Below are positions 1-11,916 of a stretch of 64,000 nt of DNA, in pieces. Both the position numbers and the translations under genes were made by a program. The DNA lies in contig CDMY01000309.1 in assembly GCA_001179505.1 (NCBI GenBank), forward strand, positions 62,001 to 126,000. The letters run 5' to 3'. The stretch is from Vitrella brassicaformis CCMP3155. Its lineage: Eukaryota > Protista > Chromerida. Position 1 is the first letter of the stretch; the number at the start of each line of letters is the position of its first letter. The notes beneath the pieces were generated by a model. It did not search any database. It had not been told where the DNA came from and worked only from the letters and a program-made list of their open reading frames with translations.

Positions 1-72
1 CGCCCGTCGGTCTGGGGCCGCCGTCAGCCGTGCGTAAGACCAGGGAAGGGGCGAGATGCGCAAACGACCGCA

Positions 73-1077
73 GTGGGGGAGCTGAAAGCGCTGCCGATGG
101 GTCAGAGAGGGAGGAGCCCCATAAGGCCGGGGGCGATGAATGAATGGACACGGACAAGGAGGCGGCCGACAAGACAGGAAAGGCCCCCATGGCCGCGATG
201 CAAACGAGTAAGAAACACAGATGCAGAGGAAAGGCACATGAGTGCTCCTCGTTATTGCTGTGATGCAGGCCGTTGTCGTCCGTCGAGCGCATCGCGACAG
301 CGACACCACCCCCCGCCAGGCTGTGCAGACCGCTCCATTCAGCCAGATCCAGTCTCTCCGTCGACACCCGCCCGCCCCTTCTCGCCCAGTGGCCCATTCA
401 ATCCATCAGAGTCGCCACCCAGCTCCCTTGCCGGCCGCAGCTTAAGGCCCTGTCCACTCGCGACCTACCGCATCAGTCATGAGCTGCGGCGGAAGGAAAG
501 GGATAGGGACGAGGAGAGTGAGGACGACGACTGGCATGGCGACCTTGATGTGGAGGCAATGCGGTCTACGATGTTCCCGGTGCCGCCCTTTGGTGTGTTG
601 AGGACCGCCAATGTCGGTGTGGGCGGACTGGGTGGTCTGCCAAGCGGTTCGTTGAGCCTTCTGTTGTGGAACGAGAAGGAGGAGAGAGAACAGCGAGACG
701 CCATCGGCCGCAGGAGTGCAGCAGCAGCAGCAGCAGCATCGTTCCCGACGCCCTGCTCATCTCCGCTGCCGACGGGCCGTTTCCCATCGCCATCGCCACC
801 CTGTGGTGACTCATCTGACACGGTCAGAGTCGGCCAGTGGGATGTGGTGTTCGGACCGGACGGCGTTGCGCTGATACGGGACAGCGAGACCTACGGTATC
901 ACTCTGCACAAGGGCATCCTTCTCCGTCTGTGGCTCGGCAACAAACACAGCAGCAGCGACGACAGAAGAGGGCGAGGGAGAAGAGGCGAGGTGGGCGTCG
1001 AAGGTGAGACATGCCACAGCAGGTTCCGCCGCCCCCCGGCCTGTGGGTATTCATTGGCTTGCCGGTCAGAGCGGTGA
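73..1077 (+). CDS. Possible hypothetical protein exon(s), low complexity (acidic stretch, poly-Ala)
   Basis: 334-codon open frame. The 441-1003 part (HELRRKERDRDEESEDDDW...VRVGQWDVVFGPDGVALIRD) looks coding; no recognisable domain. Confidence 0.3.
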   Translation: MGELKALPMGQRGRSPIRPGAMNEWTRTRRRPTRQERPPWPRCKRVRNTDAEERHMSAPRYCCDAGRCRPSSASRQRHHPPPGCADRSIQPDPVSPSTPARPFSPSGPFNPSESPPSSLAGRSLRPCPLATYRISHELRRKERDRDEESEDDDWHGDLDVEAMRSTMFPVPPFGVLRTANVGVGGLGGLPSGSLSLLLWNEKEEREQRDAIGRRSAAAAAAASFPTPCSSPLPTGRFPSPSPPCGDSSDTVRVGQWDVVFGPDGVALIRDSETYGITLHKGILLRLWLGNKHSSSDDRRGRGRRGEVGVEGETCHSRFRRPPACGYSLACRSER

Positions 1078-1858
1078 TCGAGCTCAATCACCTTCTTGGG
1101 GGATGGGTGGGATGGGCCGCCCGGTCACTTCCTGTACACTAAGGCAGTTGGGGGGAGGGGGGCGGGGGAGGAGGTCTCTTGCTGGGCGTGGGAATGTCTG
1201 GGCGACTACGGCTCACTGGGACGTGAGGGCTTTTTTGGGCTGTCGGTGTATGCAGTGTGTGGTTTGTCTTTGCTGCATCCGTCCATCCATCGTCTTAATG
1301 TATTCCTTTTGGTTGCCACACACGAATCACTCCCTGTGCAGTACATATGCAGTTCGATTGGTCTTAGGGAATGAGGGCATCTGTGAAGTGTCTGAGAACA
1401 TCTGCGGCCATGGCTCTTTTTCGGTGTCTTTAGCTTTGCTGGATGCGTCCTGCTGGAGGGAAATCCCTTTCGGTCCCTTCTGCTCTTTTTCGGGTCTTTC
1501 CCTCAGGGATTTCCTGCATACGCGCCATTGGTGTGTTCTTCTCAGTTGCCCACACAAAATGGTCACGCCGTGACGATTGGCGAACGACCGATTTGTCGGT
1601 GTCTGTGTGGGCGTCGGTATCGTGTGTGACCGGGTGAAATGGACGGTGGTTAACTTATGTGTGTGACGCGTGTGATGCGTAAGTAGGTGGCTAAGTTAAA
1701 ACGGACACGTCAGATGGACGAAATTGAGTATTACTCACCAAGTAATGCTGCTTACACACACAAAGAACCAGCCAATACATCATCAATCAAGAGTTACCCA
1801 CCCACACAAACCAAACACACAGACGTCCGACCACCGACACACTCCTAAACACATCTAT

Positions 1859-4376
1859 CTAGCCGCGGAACAGGGTGCCGATAATCTTCTCCCCGACGCG
1901 TTTGGCCTTCTCCCACGTGGGCCGCCTCTCCAGATTGCGTGGATACTGCTGTCGTCTGTCGTGCCGCTCCCTGCGGGCCACAATGTCGTCCGACCTGATC
2001 TGCGTGGCCTCGCTGAGGATCTGCTGAATGTCGTGCATCGGGAAGTGCTGAATCGTCTGCACACACACAGACAGACAGGCAGGCAGGCAGACGGTACACC
2101 GGGAGCTTGTGTGTGTGTGTGTGTGTGTGTGTGTTAGAGCTTTACCCTGAGCACCTCCTCTGCCGCACACAGAGAGAGGCACACCACACACAGACGAGAC
2201 AAATGAGGGGTGACCGGCTCGCTGGTAGTTTGTCATTTTGGCCCGTTCCCTTCACCTCTGTCATGGAGACTCAGCAGCTGGGACCGCAGCTCAGGCACAC
2301 GCAACACAGCCACCTGCACACACACACATGCACACACACACACACACACACACACATCACGCACCATTATCACGTGCAGTGGAGCGGTCTGTATTATGTC
2401 ATGTGTTTCGTTCTCTCTCTGTGTCTCTTTCTCACGGCGATGTAGAAAGCCGTAGGCAGTGTCTGGAGTGATGTGTCGATGTCTGGGATGGCTATGGGGT
2501 TGTCGGCCAGGATGGTGTCCCATATCCTTATCACATTCGGGAGCTCCATGTCCTGTGAGAAACCCAACAGCAGCCAACGCAGCCTACAATGTACCACACA
2601 CACATACGCACAGATGGCCTGTAGGGGCCCCCCGTCCATCTGTGTGCTCACACACGTACTTACATGTACAGGTGCGGCTCGATGTGCATGTGGTCGAGGT
2701 GCTGTGCGAGCTGCGGGTCCCGCTGGTGCAGCAGGCCGGCATACTGCTCCAGCGTGTCGTCGAGGGTGGCCGAGGAGCGACCGTCGAGAGCCAGAAAGAA
2801 ATCCTGTATGTGTGCCGATATATCGACACATACACACGCACAGCAGTCAGTCGCCATGGTGGCCAACTGGTGTGCTAGCTTGTGTTGTTTGCTTGTGCTT
2901 ATTCACCCGTTGGTGCACCATGAGTGTGACGAAGAGGAAGAAGGCCTCGGCCTCCAGCAGCAGGGGGTCCTCATCGTGGGCCTGACAAACACACACACAC
3001 ACACAGACACAACACACACAGATACACGCAATGATAAATGGATGCGTGGCGTTGGTTGGTGTCAGTCACGTCACAAGTATTGCAATGCATACCGACCGAC
3101 CAGGGGGTCAGAGTGCACCACGAAGTAGAGGACGGCCAGCAACTCTGCACACACAGACAGACTGCCTGTGTCTACGACTCAATCCTGCAAGCCGTATCGG
3201 TTTCCGCCACGGAATCGCAATCAATCGTACCTACCATTCATCCCCTGTATGTAGCCGAGAGCAGGGTTCAGCCTGTCAGTCAGACCACACACAGCACAGG
3301 GCAACCAGGACTGTTGGTGTGCGGTGCGCCAGGCAACCCCCCACCCACCTGGCATAGACGAAGAGAATCCTACTCATCCTATCCACATGGCTGCTGGGGC
3401 GGGTCAGCCGCTCCACGAAACTCACTGGACCTGGCCCCGACGCCGCACCATTGCTCGTCGCTGCTGCTGATGTTCCTGCAGCGGTGTGCCCATCAGCAGC
3501 AGCGTCAGATCCACCGTTGGCCGACCCCTGGGAGTCAGGCAGTGACCATGACTCGCTTCGAAAGAATGCCAGATCCGTGCTGCAGACACAAAAGAATGCA
3601 TGTCATCATCCAGGTCATGGGATGCGGTGTGGTGTGGTGTGGCAGCCAGGCCTCACCGTGTCCTTGACACATCCTTGACAATGGTGCCGAACAGCTCGCT
3701 GCCCTCAAACAGCCGATGCCACGCTCCCTGGCGGTCACGGTTGAGCGGATGGTCGCTCGCTGGCCGGGACTCGGACAGCGATGCCCTGCCCTCCCTGATG
3801 CTGTGGGCTGAGGCGGCGTTGGCATCTCTGGGCCCGCCGACTTGTGCCTTCTGCATGATGTTTGGGTCTATGCAGTCGTTGATGTAGCCCTCGTACTTGT
3901 CACGAGTGGACCTGAGCTCGTCAGGCCACCTCTCGGTGTGCTTCCGCACAAACACACACAGACGAATTACAGGCAGGCAAAGTGAGGCGGTTAGCTTCTT
4001 GTGTTGGGCTTACTGGTGAGAGCACACCCAGTAGAACTGAAGGGACAGAGTGATACATACATGAATGCTATCAATCCGTGCGTGCGTTTGCCTGTGTGTT
4101 CTGCCCTGCTGTGAGTGATGTTCACTTACTCATCCAGTAAATCTTGCGCAGCGGCGTGACGTCGGGAAGGCCATAGAAGCACACAGATCTCACTTGTTCG
4201 AGGGAGAGCGTCCCTGGCATGGTCAGCAGGGACACTGCCACCTCAAGCTTCTCCGCCGCAGCGCTGCTCACCGCATTCCTCCCCGCCTGCAAACTCTCGA
4301 CGAATGCTTGCAGCCTGGCCAGCGAATGGGATGCTGGGAAGGCCTGCTGGCCTCCAGCTCTGCCGGAAAATGCCAT
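1859..4376 (-). CDS. TBC-domain Rab GTPase-activating protein (TBC1D13-like), multi-exon
   Basis: Exons encode VCFYGLPDVTPLRKIYW, TIVKDVSRT, RLNPALGYIQGMN (YxQG motif, about 3222-3265), LHQRDPQLAQHL and FSQDMELPNVIRIWDTIL. ATG at 4376 (an upstream ATG exists at 4496); stop at 1859. Confidence 0.88.
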
Positions 4377-5581
4377 CAGAAGGGCGGGTACATGGGTCGT
4401 CAGCAAGAGAGGCGCATCGTCCGATCTGTGTGCACGTCTAAGCTCGCAGGGCTTGAAACCCTGCGACCGCGGAGCTGAGGTTTTTTCCCATTGCACGTGC
4501 CCATGAAGGCTGCTGCCGTGCTCATCTGAGTCCTAGTGAGACGGGAGGGGAAGCTCCCAGCGCAAATACTACAGAGTGCTGCCCCACCGCCCTCATGAAT
4601 ACGCTCCCCGGAGAGCACACGAGGCTGCGACCCCTGTAGGCAAGAGGACGGACGACGCAAGGATGCATGCCCTTCACGCTGTTTGTGATGCAGAAAGGAA
4701 AGAGAGCGCGGCCGTCGCAGCCGCGCTGCCAACATCGCCTCTCCCCACGTGCACCGCCAAAGACGCCCGATGTCCACTCCGGCCGGCCTCACACGGCAGC
4801 GAGCCACCGACAGGGTAAGGAGCATCACTAGGAAACGTGCTGTGTCATTGTGCTGTCTGTCTGCTTTGGCACAATGCAGAGGCTGCCAGCCACAGGAGGG
4901 GTACCGCTGACTTGGGAAGGGGTAAGATACGAGCTGCTCCGCATCGAGAAACAGCAGCATCAGCAGACGGGAGGACCGAACACCCAACAGGGAGGTAGGC
5001 AACGTAGCACCAACACACACGAGAGACGAGGGGAGGGGAGGCAGAGCAACGACAGATTGAGCACACCCCCTGTTGGTCTTTCAGGCGGTATGAAGCTCCA
5101 GCCGGCTGGCCGTTCTCCTCGTGCTCGTAGCGGCGGCAATGGGCGCGGCAGCCGTCGTGGCGGCGGAGGGTCCAAGAGCCCTCGTGGCCCAGGCGGCCGA
5201 CCTAGTGTCGCACGCAAGCCGTCCAAGCAACTGCCACAGCGACAGCAGCAGAGACAACAGAAATGGTCGCTTCCGCCGACACAAGCTGGGTAGGACCGGG
5301 AGAGAAGCAGGGGACACGTGTACATGTCTGTGTTCCTCTCCTTCCCGTCTGAAGGCCAAGGGCAAGAAGACAAGGCGATTGATTGTGGTCCTCGAGACCA
5401 TAAACGAAGAGACGGGCAACAGACATTTGCCTGCTTGGTTGGGATGGCTTGCTGGGCGTCCAAGAGAGTCCGAAGACTGAAGGCGAGTGCCGTGATGTGG
5501 TTTCATGTGTGGTGCCAAAGTGGTGTCGGTGTGTTTTTGTGTGTGGGCTTTGAGCCTATTCCTTAAGACCCTCGGCAGTGC

Positions 5582-7450
5582 TCAATGTTCCTTGCGGACA
5601 AACTTGAATGTATGCAACTCAGCACCGAAGAGGCACATCGGTCTGATACACGACTTGACGATATAAAATGCAGCCAGCAATTGTTCGCCAGACATCGATT
5701 GCCACACACAGACACGCACCTGCAGCGGTGAGTACTCTCTCTCTACTGTCATCACTGCCTCACCAGTCGCTTGAGCGGTATCAGCAATGAAGTTGCTCAC
5801 TTCTGGTCCCACTGGAGGAGGCAGGAGGGCGATTGGAGGCAGGAGAGGAGGGGGTGGCGTCATGTGGTCGGCCGAGGGGGGTGGGGGGTGGGGGGAATGG
5901 TCGGTCAGGGGCCAGCGCGTGTGAAATCTGCTGAACAAACAAACAAAAGAAGGGAGATGAATCCAGCAGATGGAGAGACCATCAAGATTCCTGCCTGTCT
6001 GACCTTAATGTTTCTCGAGGGCATCTCGTTCGCTCTGGCAGCCGCCTCGTTGGGTCATCGACAGAGGCCAGAGAGGCCGTGGATTGCCGACAGCATCACG
6101 CACCACACCATGCCACTGCCGCAGCACACGCCTGGCGAGCATTGTCCTCCACACCTCCGGATCCCCGATGGCAAACCCGCCCTGAACGAGGCACTCGGCC
6201 GCCTGAGAAAACAACCAAAAGTGTACCACTCGGGCACTTGCCGGCAGATCTCTTCCCCCTTTTTGTGGCGTACCTGAGTGTACCAGTCACTCGCGCCGGG
6301 CTGTCGGCTACGTTCGTACATGGCGCCAAAGAAAGGGAGGTACTCCTGCGGCTTGAGACCCTGTGGCACCAAGATTTCGTCCCGGGTCCGGCGAGCCAAT
6401 GCCACCGGCGCAGACACCAGCCGCCACGGCAGGACCTATAGAAACAAACATGGATTCATACGATACTACGCATTGCCTTGCTCCCTTATATCCACCACTC
6501 GCGCTTACCGCGTGGTGTGTTGTAGTGGTCTTGTAGCCAGGCTAGCACCTTGGGCGGATACGAGACACGCAGGAGGTTGATTGTGGGAGACCACTTGTGC
6601 ACAATCTGTACAGTACAGATGACTTGTGCACACATCCAGGAATCGACGCCATGCAAATCATCTGTTGCCGCCCTTGCGTACCGTCACTGACTGCTGTGCT
6701 GCGGGGGTCACCAGCAAACACCACCCACCAGTCCTGCTCCTTCATCTCTGGCAGCTTGTCCACCAGCGGCCGCAATATGTCATGATCAGCCTCGCCGGGC
6801 ACCTCGGGTGGTGCGACCACAATATTATGGCGGCCGCGGAACCACTACACGCAACGCACACACACACACACACACACTGACAGGAGAGACATACAGATGC
6901 CTCTCCGTCCGTCCATCTGCATGTCTCTCCTGTCAGTCTGGGCGACTTACTTGACGAGTTCATTGCTGCCCCTGTCGACCCGTGATGAAAGACACGGATG
7001 GAATCTGTATACCGACAAGACAAACATCATGATGCACAGGTAGATACGCAGGTCTCCGTGTGTGTGTTTGTGTCGTCAATCCACCCACCCACCTGCTGGC
7101 GAGCCGGTAAAGAGCGAGAACGGCGTCCGCCGGCCGAGCGTCGCCTTCTGTCCAAACAGCCAGACCTCGAATAATCCCGGCTTGAAAAAGATCAGAGAGA
7201 TCGATAGCAGCTACCGTCGGTAGGCACATGAAACGCAGGCAACGCCCCCCCTCCCGCTCCTGAAGGCTCAGCCTGATGATCTTGAACAGCTCGTCTGGGG
7301 GTGCCGGCAGCGCGAGGTTATCACTGATACGTGCACAGCGAGATCGATGTAGTCCACGATCCGATGGATATAAAATGCAGACAGCGATCGTAACCACACA
7401 TACAGCCGGACCCGCAGCTCGGGGCAGGGCTGCGGGCCCCATATCGTCAC
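5582..7450 (-). CDS. Hypothetical multi-exon protein or decayed gene
   Basis: Several open minus-strand segments bounded by GT/AG (EADHDILRPLVDKLPEMKEQDWWVVF; QEYLPFFGAMYERSRQPGASDWYTQ; QAAECLVQGGFAIGDPEVWRTML). I could not build a fully consistent model. Confidence 0.4.
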
Positions 7451-7809
7451 CAACCGCGTATGAATATCCATCTGCAGACAGGCAGGAAGGTAAAACACAC
7501 CAGACACACCCATCATGCATTCACACACGTATGGATCTGTGGAGGCATCTGCTCACTCGTAGTTGTAGTCGGCGCGTGTGTGGATGACGTCACCCGTGAA
7601 GTTAAGATAGTCTATGATATGCGGCAGGTAGTAGTCCAGACGGAGGGTCTGCAGGGACCAAGAGACACAACAAACACATCCATTACGCGTCGATGGCTGC
7701 ACGTACTCGTCTGTGCATATTGGATGGATGGATGCACTGCTATCTGCTCATTCACAACTTACCACGTGTGTGTTGCTGTAATGGTGGCGGGCCGAGAAGT
7801 GAATGACCC

Positions 7810-9486
7810 ACCTATAGCAATCCCTATGGTCCCGGAATGACAGCCCCGCCACCGTATAGCCCGTCCTCACAATGATGGCGTTTGTGGGGACGGGCGTGGT
7901 GGCAGGGTTGGTGCCGCAAACTCCATCCTGTTGGCTATTCGGAAGCCATCTGAGGGCGGCATGGCGCCTCAGTACTCCTGCCGGCGGCTCCGGACCGGCG
8001 GATGTTTTTTTTTCTTTTGTGAGGGGGAGGGGCGGGGGGGACGGAGCGGGCGCAGACTCGTCAAATCAGGCGGAGATTAGCTGATTCTGACGATGCCGGC
8101 GAATGCGGCGCGCGATCCACTCGACCTGATCACGCAAACACGGCGATTGGGCAGCCGGACACCGCAATTGGGCCACCGTATAGCCCGTCCTCACAGCGAT
8201 GAAACGCTTCTCTGGTGGCAAAGGTGGTTCTCTCAGTCAGGACGTGTCAGTGGGAGGGAAATCCACTCATCAGAATATAAAATGTAGGCAGCAATCGACA
8301 TGTCTACATCGACAAGGACAACAGGGAGACATAACATAGCGAGAACCTTTTCTAGAATTCGGCTGTCGTTACTGTTCTTTTGCCTCGAAATCTGCCTGCA
8401 TCTGCCGGAACTTGAGATGTCATAATGTGCCGCACCTGCTCCCGTGAGCGTCCCATCGAGCAGCTCTCTTCGAAGAGCGAGCTCTTGTTATGGAGAATGC
8501 GGTGCGCGCAGTCGATCTGTACACACATATATACACATCGATCCCACCCCATTAAAATGTTCAATCAATAGATAGGTGTCGCGTCGTGTTGCACTTGCCC
8601 GGAAGTAGAGTCTCCCCTGCGAAGGCTCAGCATGGATGTGATAAGCATGACGACCAATGGACTGAAGCTGCACATGACATACACCAGCCAATTTTGTGTC
8701 AGAGAGGGGGAGTGCCTACATTGCACTGCTTACGTCTAGCTGACATGGCACGGCACACACCGCACGCATTCCATGTGCACTTACTTCGGCTCAGTGATTG
8801 TTTTCGTTTTCGTGTGAACGTGATCGTTTGCTGCTGCGGGCTGGTCCTTTCCTCAGGCAGTGGTGAGACGGCAACGGTGATGGGCGCGTCGATCGACGGA
8901 TTGCTCTCCTTGCTTCTGCTTGCACCTTCGATCAGGACACTTTGCGCTTCTTGCTCCGCGTGTGGTACCGATGCGTCGGCTCAGCAGCAGCAGGCAGGGT
9001 GGTCTGCTGGCCGGTGGGGATGTGGGGCGCCGCACACACCACGGCAACAACAATAAGGCATCCGTATAGCCATCTGTCCATGTGTGTGTGGTGTGGCGTA
9101 CCGTGTTTTGGCTCGCCCGCCACATCCTTCACGTCGAAGGCGTTGCTGTTGGCCTTGCGCGTGGTCGTCACGGCCGCACCGGCCCCCGCAGCTGCGTTGC
9201 ACACATCACACACACACACAGACACACGTGAGAGAGAGGCGCAAGCACCGTGTGTCTGTTGTGTGTGTGGCGGCTGACCCTTTGAGGCGTCGGCATCGAT
9301 CTCCTCATCCTCCGCATCCGCCGTGAGCTTCAACCCCCCCACACGCTCCCCGGGCGGCAGGAATTGCCACTTAGGGGTCGCCCGGTGCTCGAGCTTCACA
9401 CCAGACACATTCTGGCCAGGACCCGTGTGGCCACAAGTGGTTGTTGCTGCTTCCAATCCTGGAAGGACTGTTCGCCCCGCCGCTCC
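7810..9486. repeat. Diverged segmental duplication, copy A (partner 9787-10975)
   Basis: 7821-8150 matches 9800-10150 and 8750-9486 matches 10215-10975, with substitutions and indels. About 600 bp (8150-8750) is unique to copy A. Confidence 0.9.
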
Positions 9487-9786
9487 NNNNNNNNNNNNNN
9501 NNNNNNNNNNNNNNNNNNNNNNNNNNNNNNNNNNNNNNNNNNNNNNNNNNNNNNNNNNNNNNNNNNNNNNNNNNNNNNNNNNNNNNNNNNNNNNNNNNNN
9601 NNNNNNNNNNNNNNNNNNNNNNNNNNNNNNNNNNNNNNNNNNNNNNNNNNNNNNNNNNNNNNNNNNNNNNNNNNNNNNNNNNNNNNNNNNNNNNNNNNNN
9701 NNNNNNNNNNNNNNNNNNNNNNNNNNNNNNNNNNNNNNNNNNNNNNNNNNNNNNNNNNNNNNNNNNNNNNNNNNNNNNNNNNNNNN
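9487..9786. other. Assembly gap (300 N)
   Basis: Run of exactly 300 N. Confidence 1.
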
Positions 9787-10975
9787 CCACCCATAATACT
9801 CCCTATGGTCCCGGAATGACAGCCCCGCCACCCTATAGCCCGTCCTCACAATGATGGCGTTTGTGGGGACGGGCATGGTGCCAGGGTGGAGTTGGTGCCG
9901 CAACTCCACCCTGTTGGCTATTCGGAAGCCATCTGAGGGCGGCATGGCGCCTCAGCACTCCTGCCGGCGGCTTCGGACCGGCGGATGTTGATTTTCTGTG
10001 AGGGAGGGGCGAGGGGGACGGGGGATTGAGGAAGGGGGATGCGGGCGTCGCACAACTGGACGCGAACTCGTCAAACAGGCGAGAATTTAGCTCTTTTGAC
10101 GATGGCGGCCGAAGCGGGGCGCGATCCACTCGACCTGATCACGCAAACACAAACATTCATTCGAGTCGTGACTTATCGTACCTCTCTGACGCCATTGCAT
10201 CGATGCCGAACATTCCGGCAGACACCACACGCATACCAAGAGCTCTGTAGTCGCTATGTGCACTTGCTTCAGTTGAGTGATTGTTTTCGTGTGAACTTGA
10301 TCGTTTGCTGTTGCGGGCTGGTGCTTTCCTCAGGCAGTGGTGGGACGGCGACGGTGATGGGCGCGGCGTCGATCGACGGATTGCTCTCCTTGCTTCTGCT
10401 TGCACCTTCGATCAGGACACTTTGCGCGTCTTGCTCCGCGTGTGGTACCGGTGCGTCGGCAGCAGGCAGGGTGGTCTGCTGGCCGGTGGGGATGTGGGGC
10501 GCCGCACACACCACGGCAACAACAATAAGGCATCCGTATAGCCATCTGTCCATGTGTGTGTGGTGTGGATGTGGCATACTTGAGCCACTTGTCGAGGACC
10601 ACGCCCGCCACATCCTTCACGTCGAAGGCGTTGCTGTTGGCCTTGCGCGTGGTCGTCACGGCCGCACCGGCCCCCGCAGCTGCGTTGCACACATCACACA
10701 CACACACAGACACACGTGAGAGAGAGGCGCAAGCACCGTGTGTCTGTTGTGTGTGTGGCGGCTGACCCTTTGAGGCGTCGGCATCGATCTCCTCATCCTC
10801 CGCATCCGCCGTGAGCTTCAACCCCCCCACACGCTCCCCGGGCGGCAGGAATTGCCACTTAGGGGTCGCCCGGTGCTCGAGCTTCACACCAGACACATTC
10901 TGGCCAGGACCCGTGTGGCCACAAGTGGTTGTTGCTGCTTCCAATCCTGGAAGGACTGTTCGCCCCGCCGCTCCT
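9787..10975. repeat. Diverged segmental duplication, copy B
   Basis: See copy A. Includes the hairpin-rich block at 9800-10110. Confidence 0.9.
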
Positions 10976-11868
10976 CAGCCTGATGAAGGCAAGTCACCAC
11001 ACATGGACAGCGGCAAACACAAAAGGGTGGATGCGGTGCCCTTGTGTGTCAATGGTGTGTGGTCGGTAGCTTACCTCGACAGCTGCCGTCACCCTCGGCC
11101 GCTTCTTGCCGGCGCCCGCCTGGTAGTTCTTCTTTCGCGCCTTTCCTCGTCGGGCTCAGTGTCCGCCGCCCTCTTGTTGTTGCTGGCGGCCTTGCCACGA
11201 CCAACACCAAGTCACCTGCACGACACAAAGAGAGAGAAGGCGGACAAAGCGATCAACACACACATGTGGATGTGTGTGTGCCAACCAGCATTCGAGTCGC
11301 CCACCCGCCCGCCTTGCTGCTGATGCTCGAGGCGGGGGAGAGACCGCGCCGGGGGAGGGTGAGAGGGCTGAGTTCGCCCAGCTGCCGCTGCACCTGTCCC
11401 AGCGGTGTGACAGGGGTGCCTGTCTGCGAGTGGAGGGACGGGGTCGAGGATGCTCGGGGGTGGAGGGGCGGAGGGAGCCGGATGACGAGGGAAGGAGACT
11501 GGCAGGGCGACGGCACCAGCGACGGCGGCACCGGCAGCAGCTCAGGCGTCGTGAAGCCTGCAGTAGAGCCAAAGGAACACAGAATGCATGCATGCATGAG
11601 TTGATGCTTCGAAAGGAAGGGGGTGCAGTCCTTGAATGAATTGTCGGGGTGTCCCGTCTTATCTGCCTTGGCCTACCTGTGGCCTCGCGAGCAGGGCATT
11701 AGTCGACAACGCCATCCAGACGCGGCTGCATTGCCCTCGAGGGCGGCGGTGGCTGTGTGAGGCGAGGGATGAGGGCGAACATAGGCAGCCTCTTGAAAGG
11801 GGAGCATCCCCAGGTCGACGTAGAAGCGGCTCACCATCACGGTTTTGTAGTGCTTCGGAAAACTGCAA
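10269..11868 (-). CDS. Hypothetical Pro/Ser-rich multi-exon protein whose 3' part is duplicated at 8790-9486
   Basis: Open segments TPELLPVPPSLVPSP..., NVSGVKLEHRATPKWQFLPPGERVGGLKL, KANSNAFDVKDVAGVVLDKWLK and a terminal PTGQQTTLPAADAPVPHAEQD...KQSLN*. The start is uncertain. Confidence 0.4.
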
Positions 11869-11916
11869 AAAAAAAAAGCTCGCCGTCTCCTCGTCTCCAT
11901 ATCTCGACGCAAAAAA

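Noticed and set aside
2108-2355. (TG)n and (CA)n tracts here and throughout, giving HTHT/CVCV ORFs
   Set aside because: Ordinary intronic microsatellites of this genome. Not a CRISPR array or coding sequence, except in the ZnT exon.
4665-5490. Plus-strand low-complexity ORFs with plausible splice sites
   Set aside because: Frames conflict across the putative junctions and no domain is evident; not enough support for a gene call.
7821-8200. HDV-like or hammerhead ribozyme reading of the hairpin element (tcctc; gatgaaac)
   Set aside because: I could not build P1/P3/P1.1 pairings or a CUGAUGA/GAAA core on either strand.
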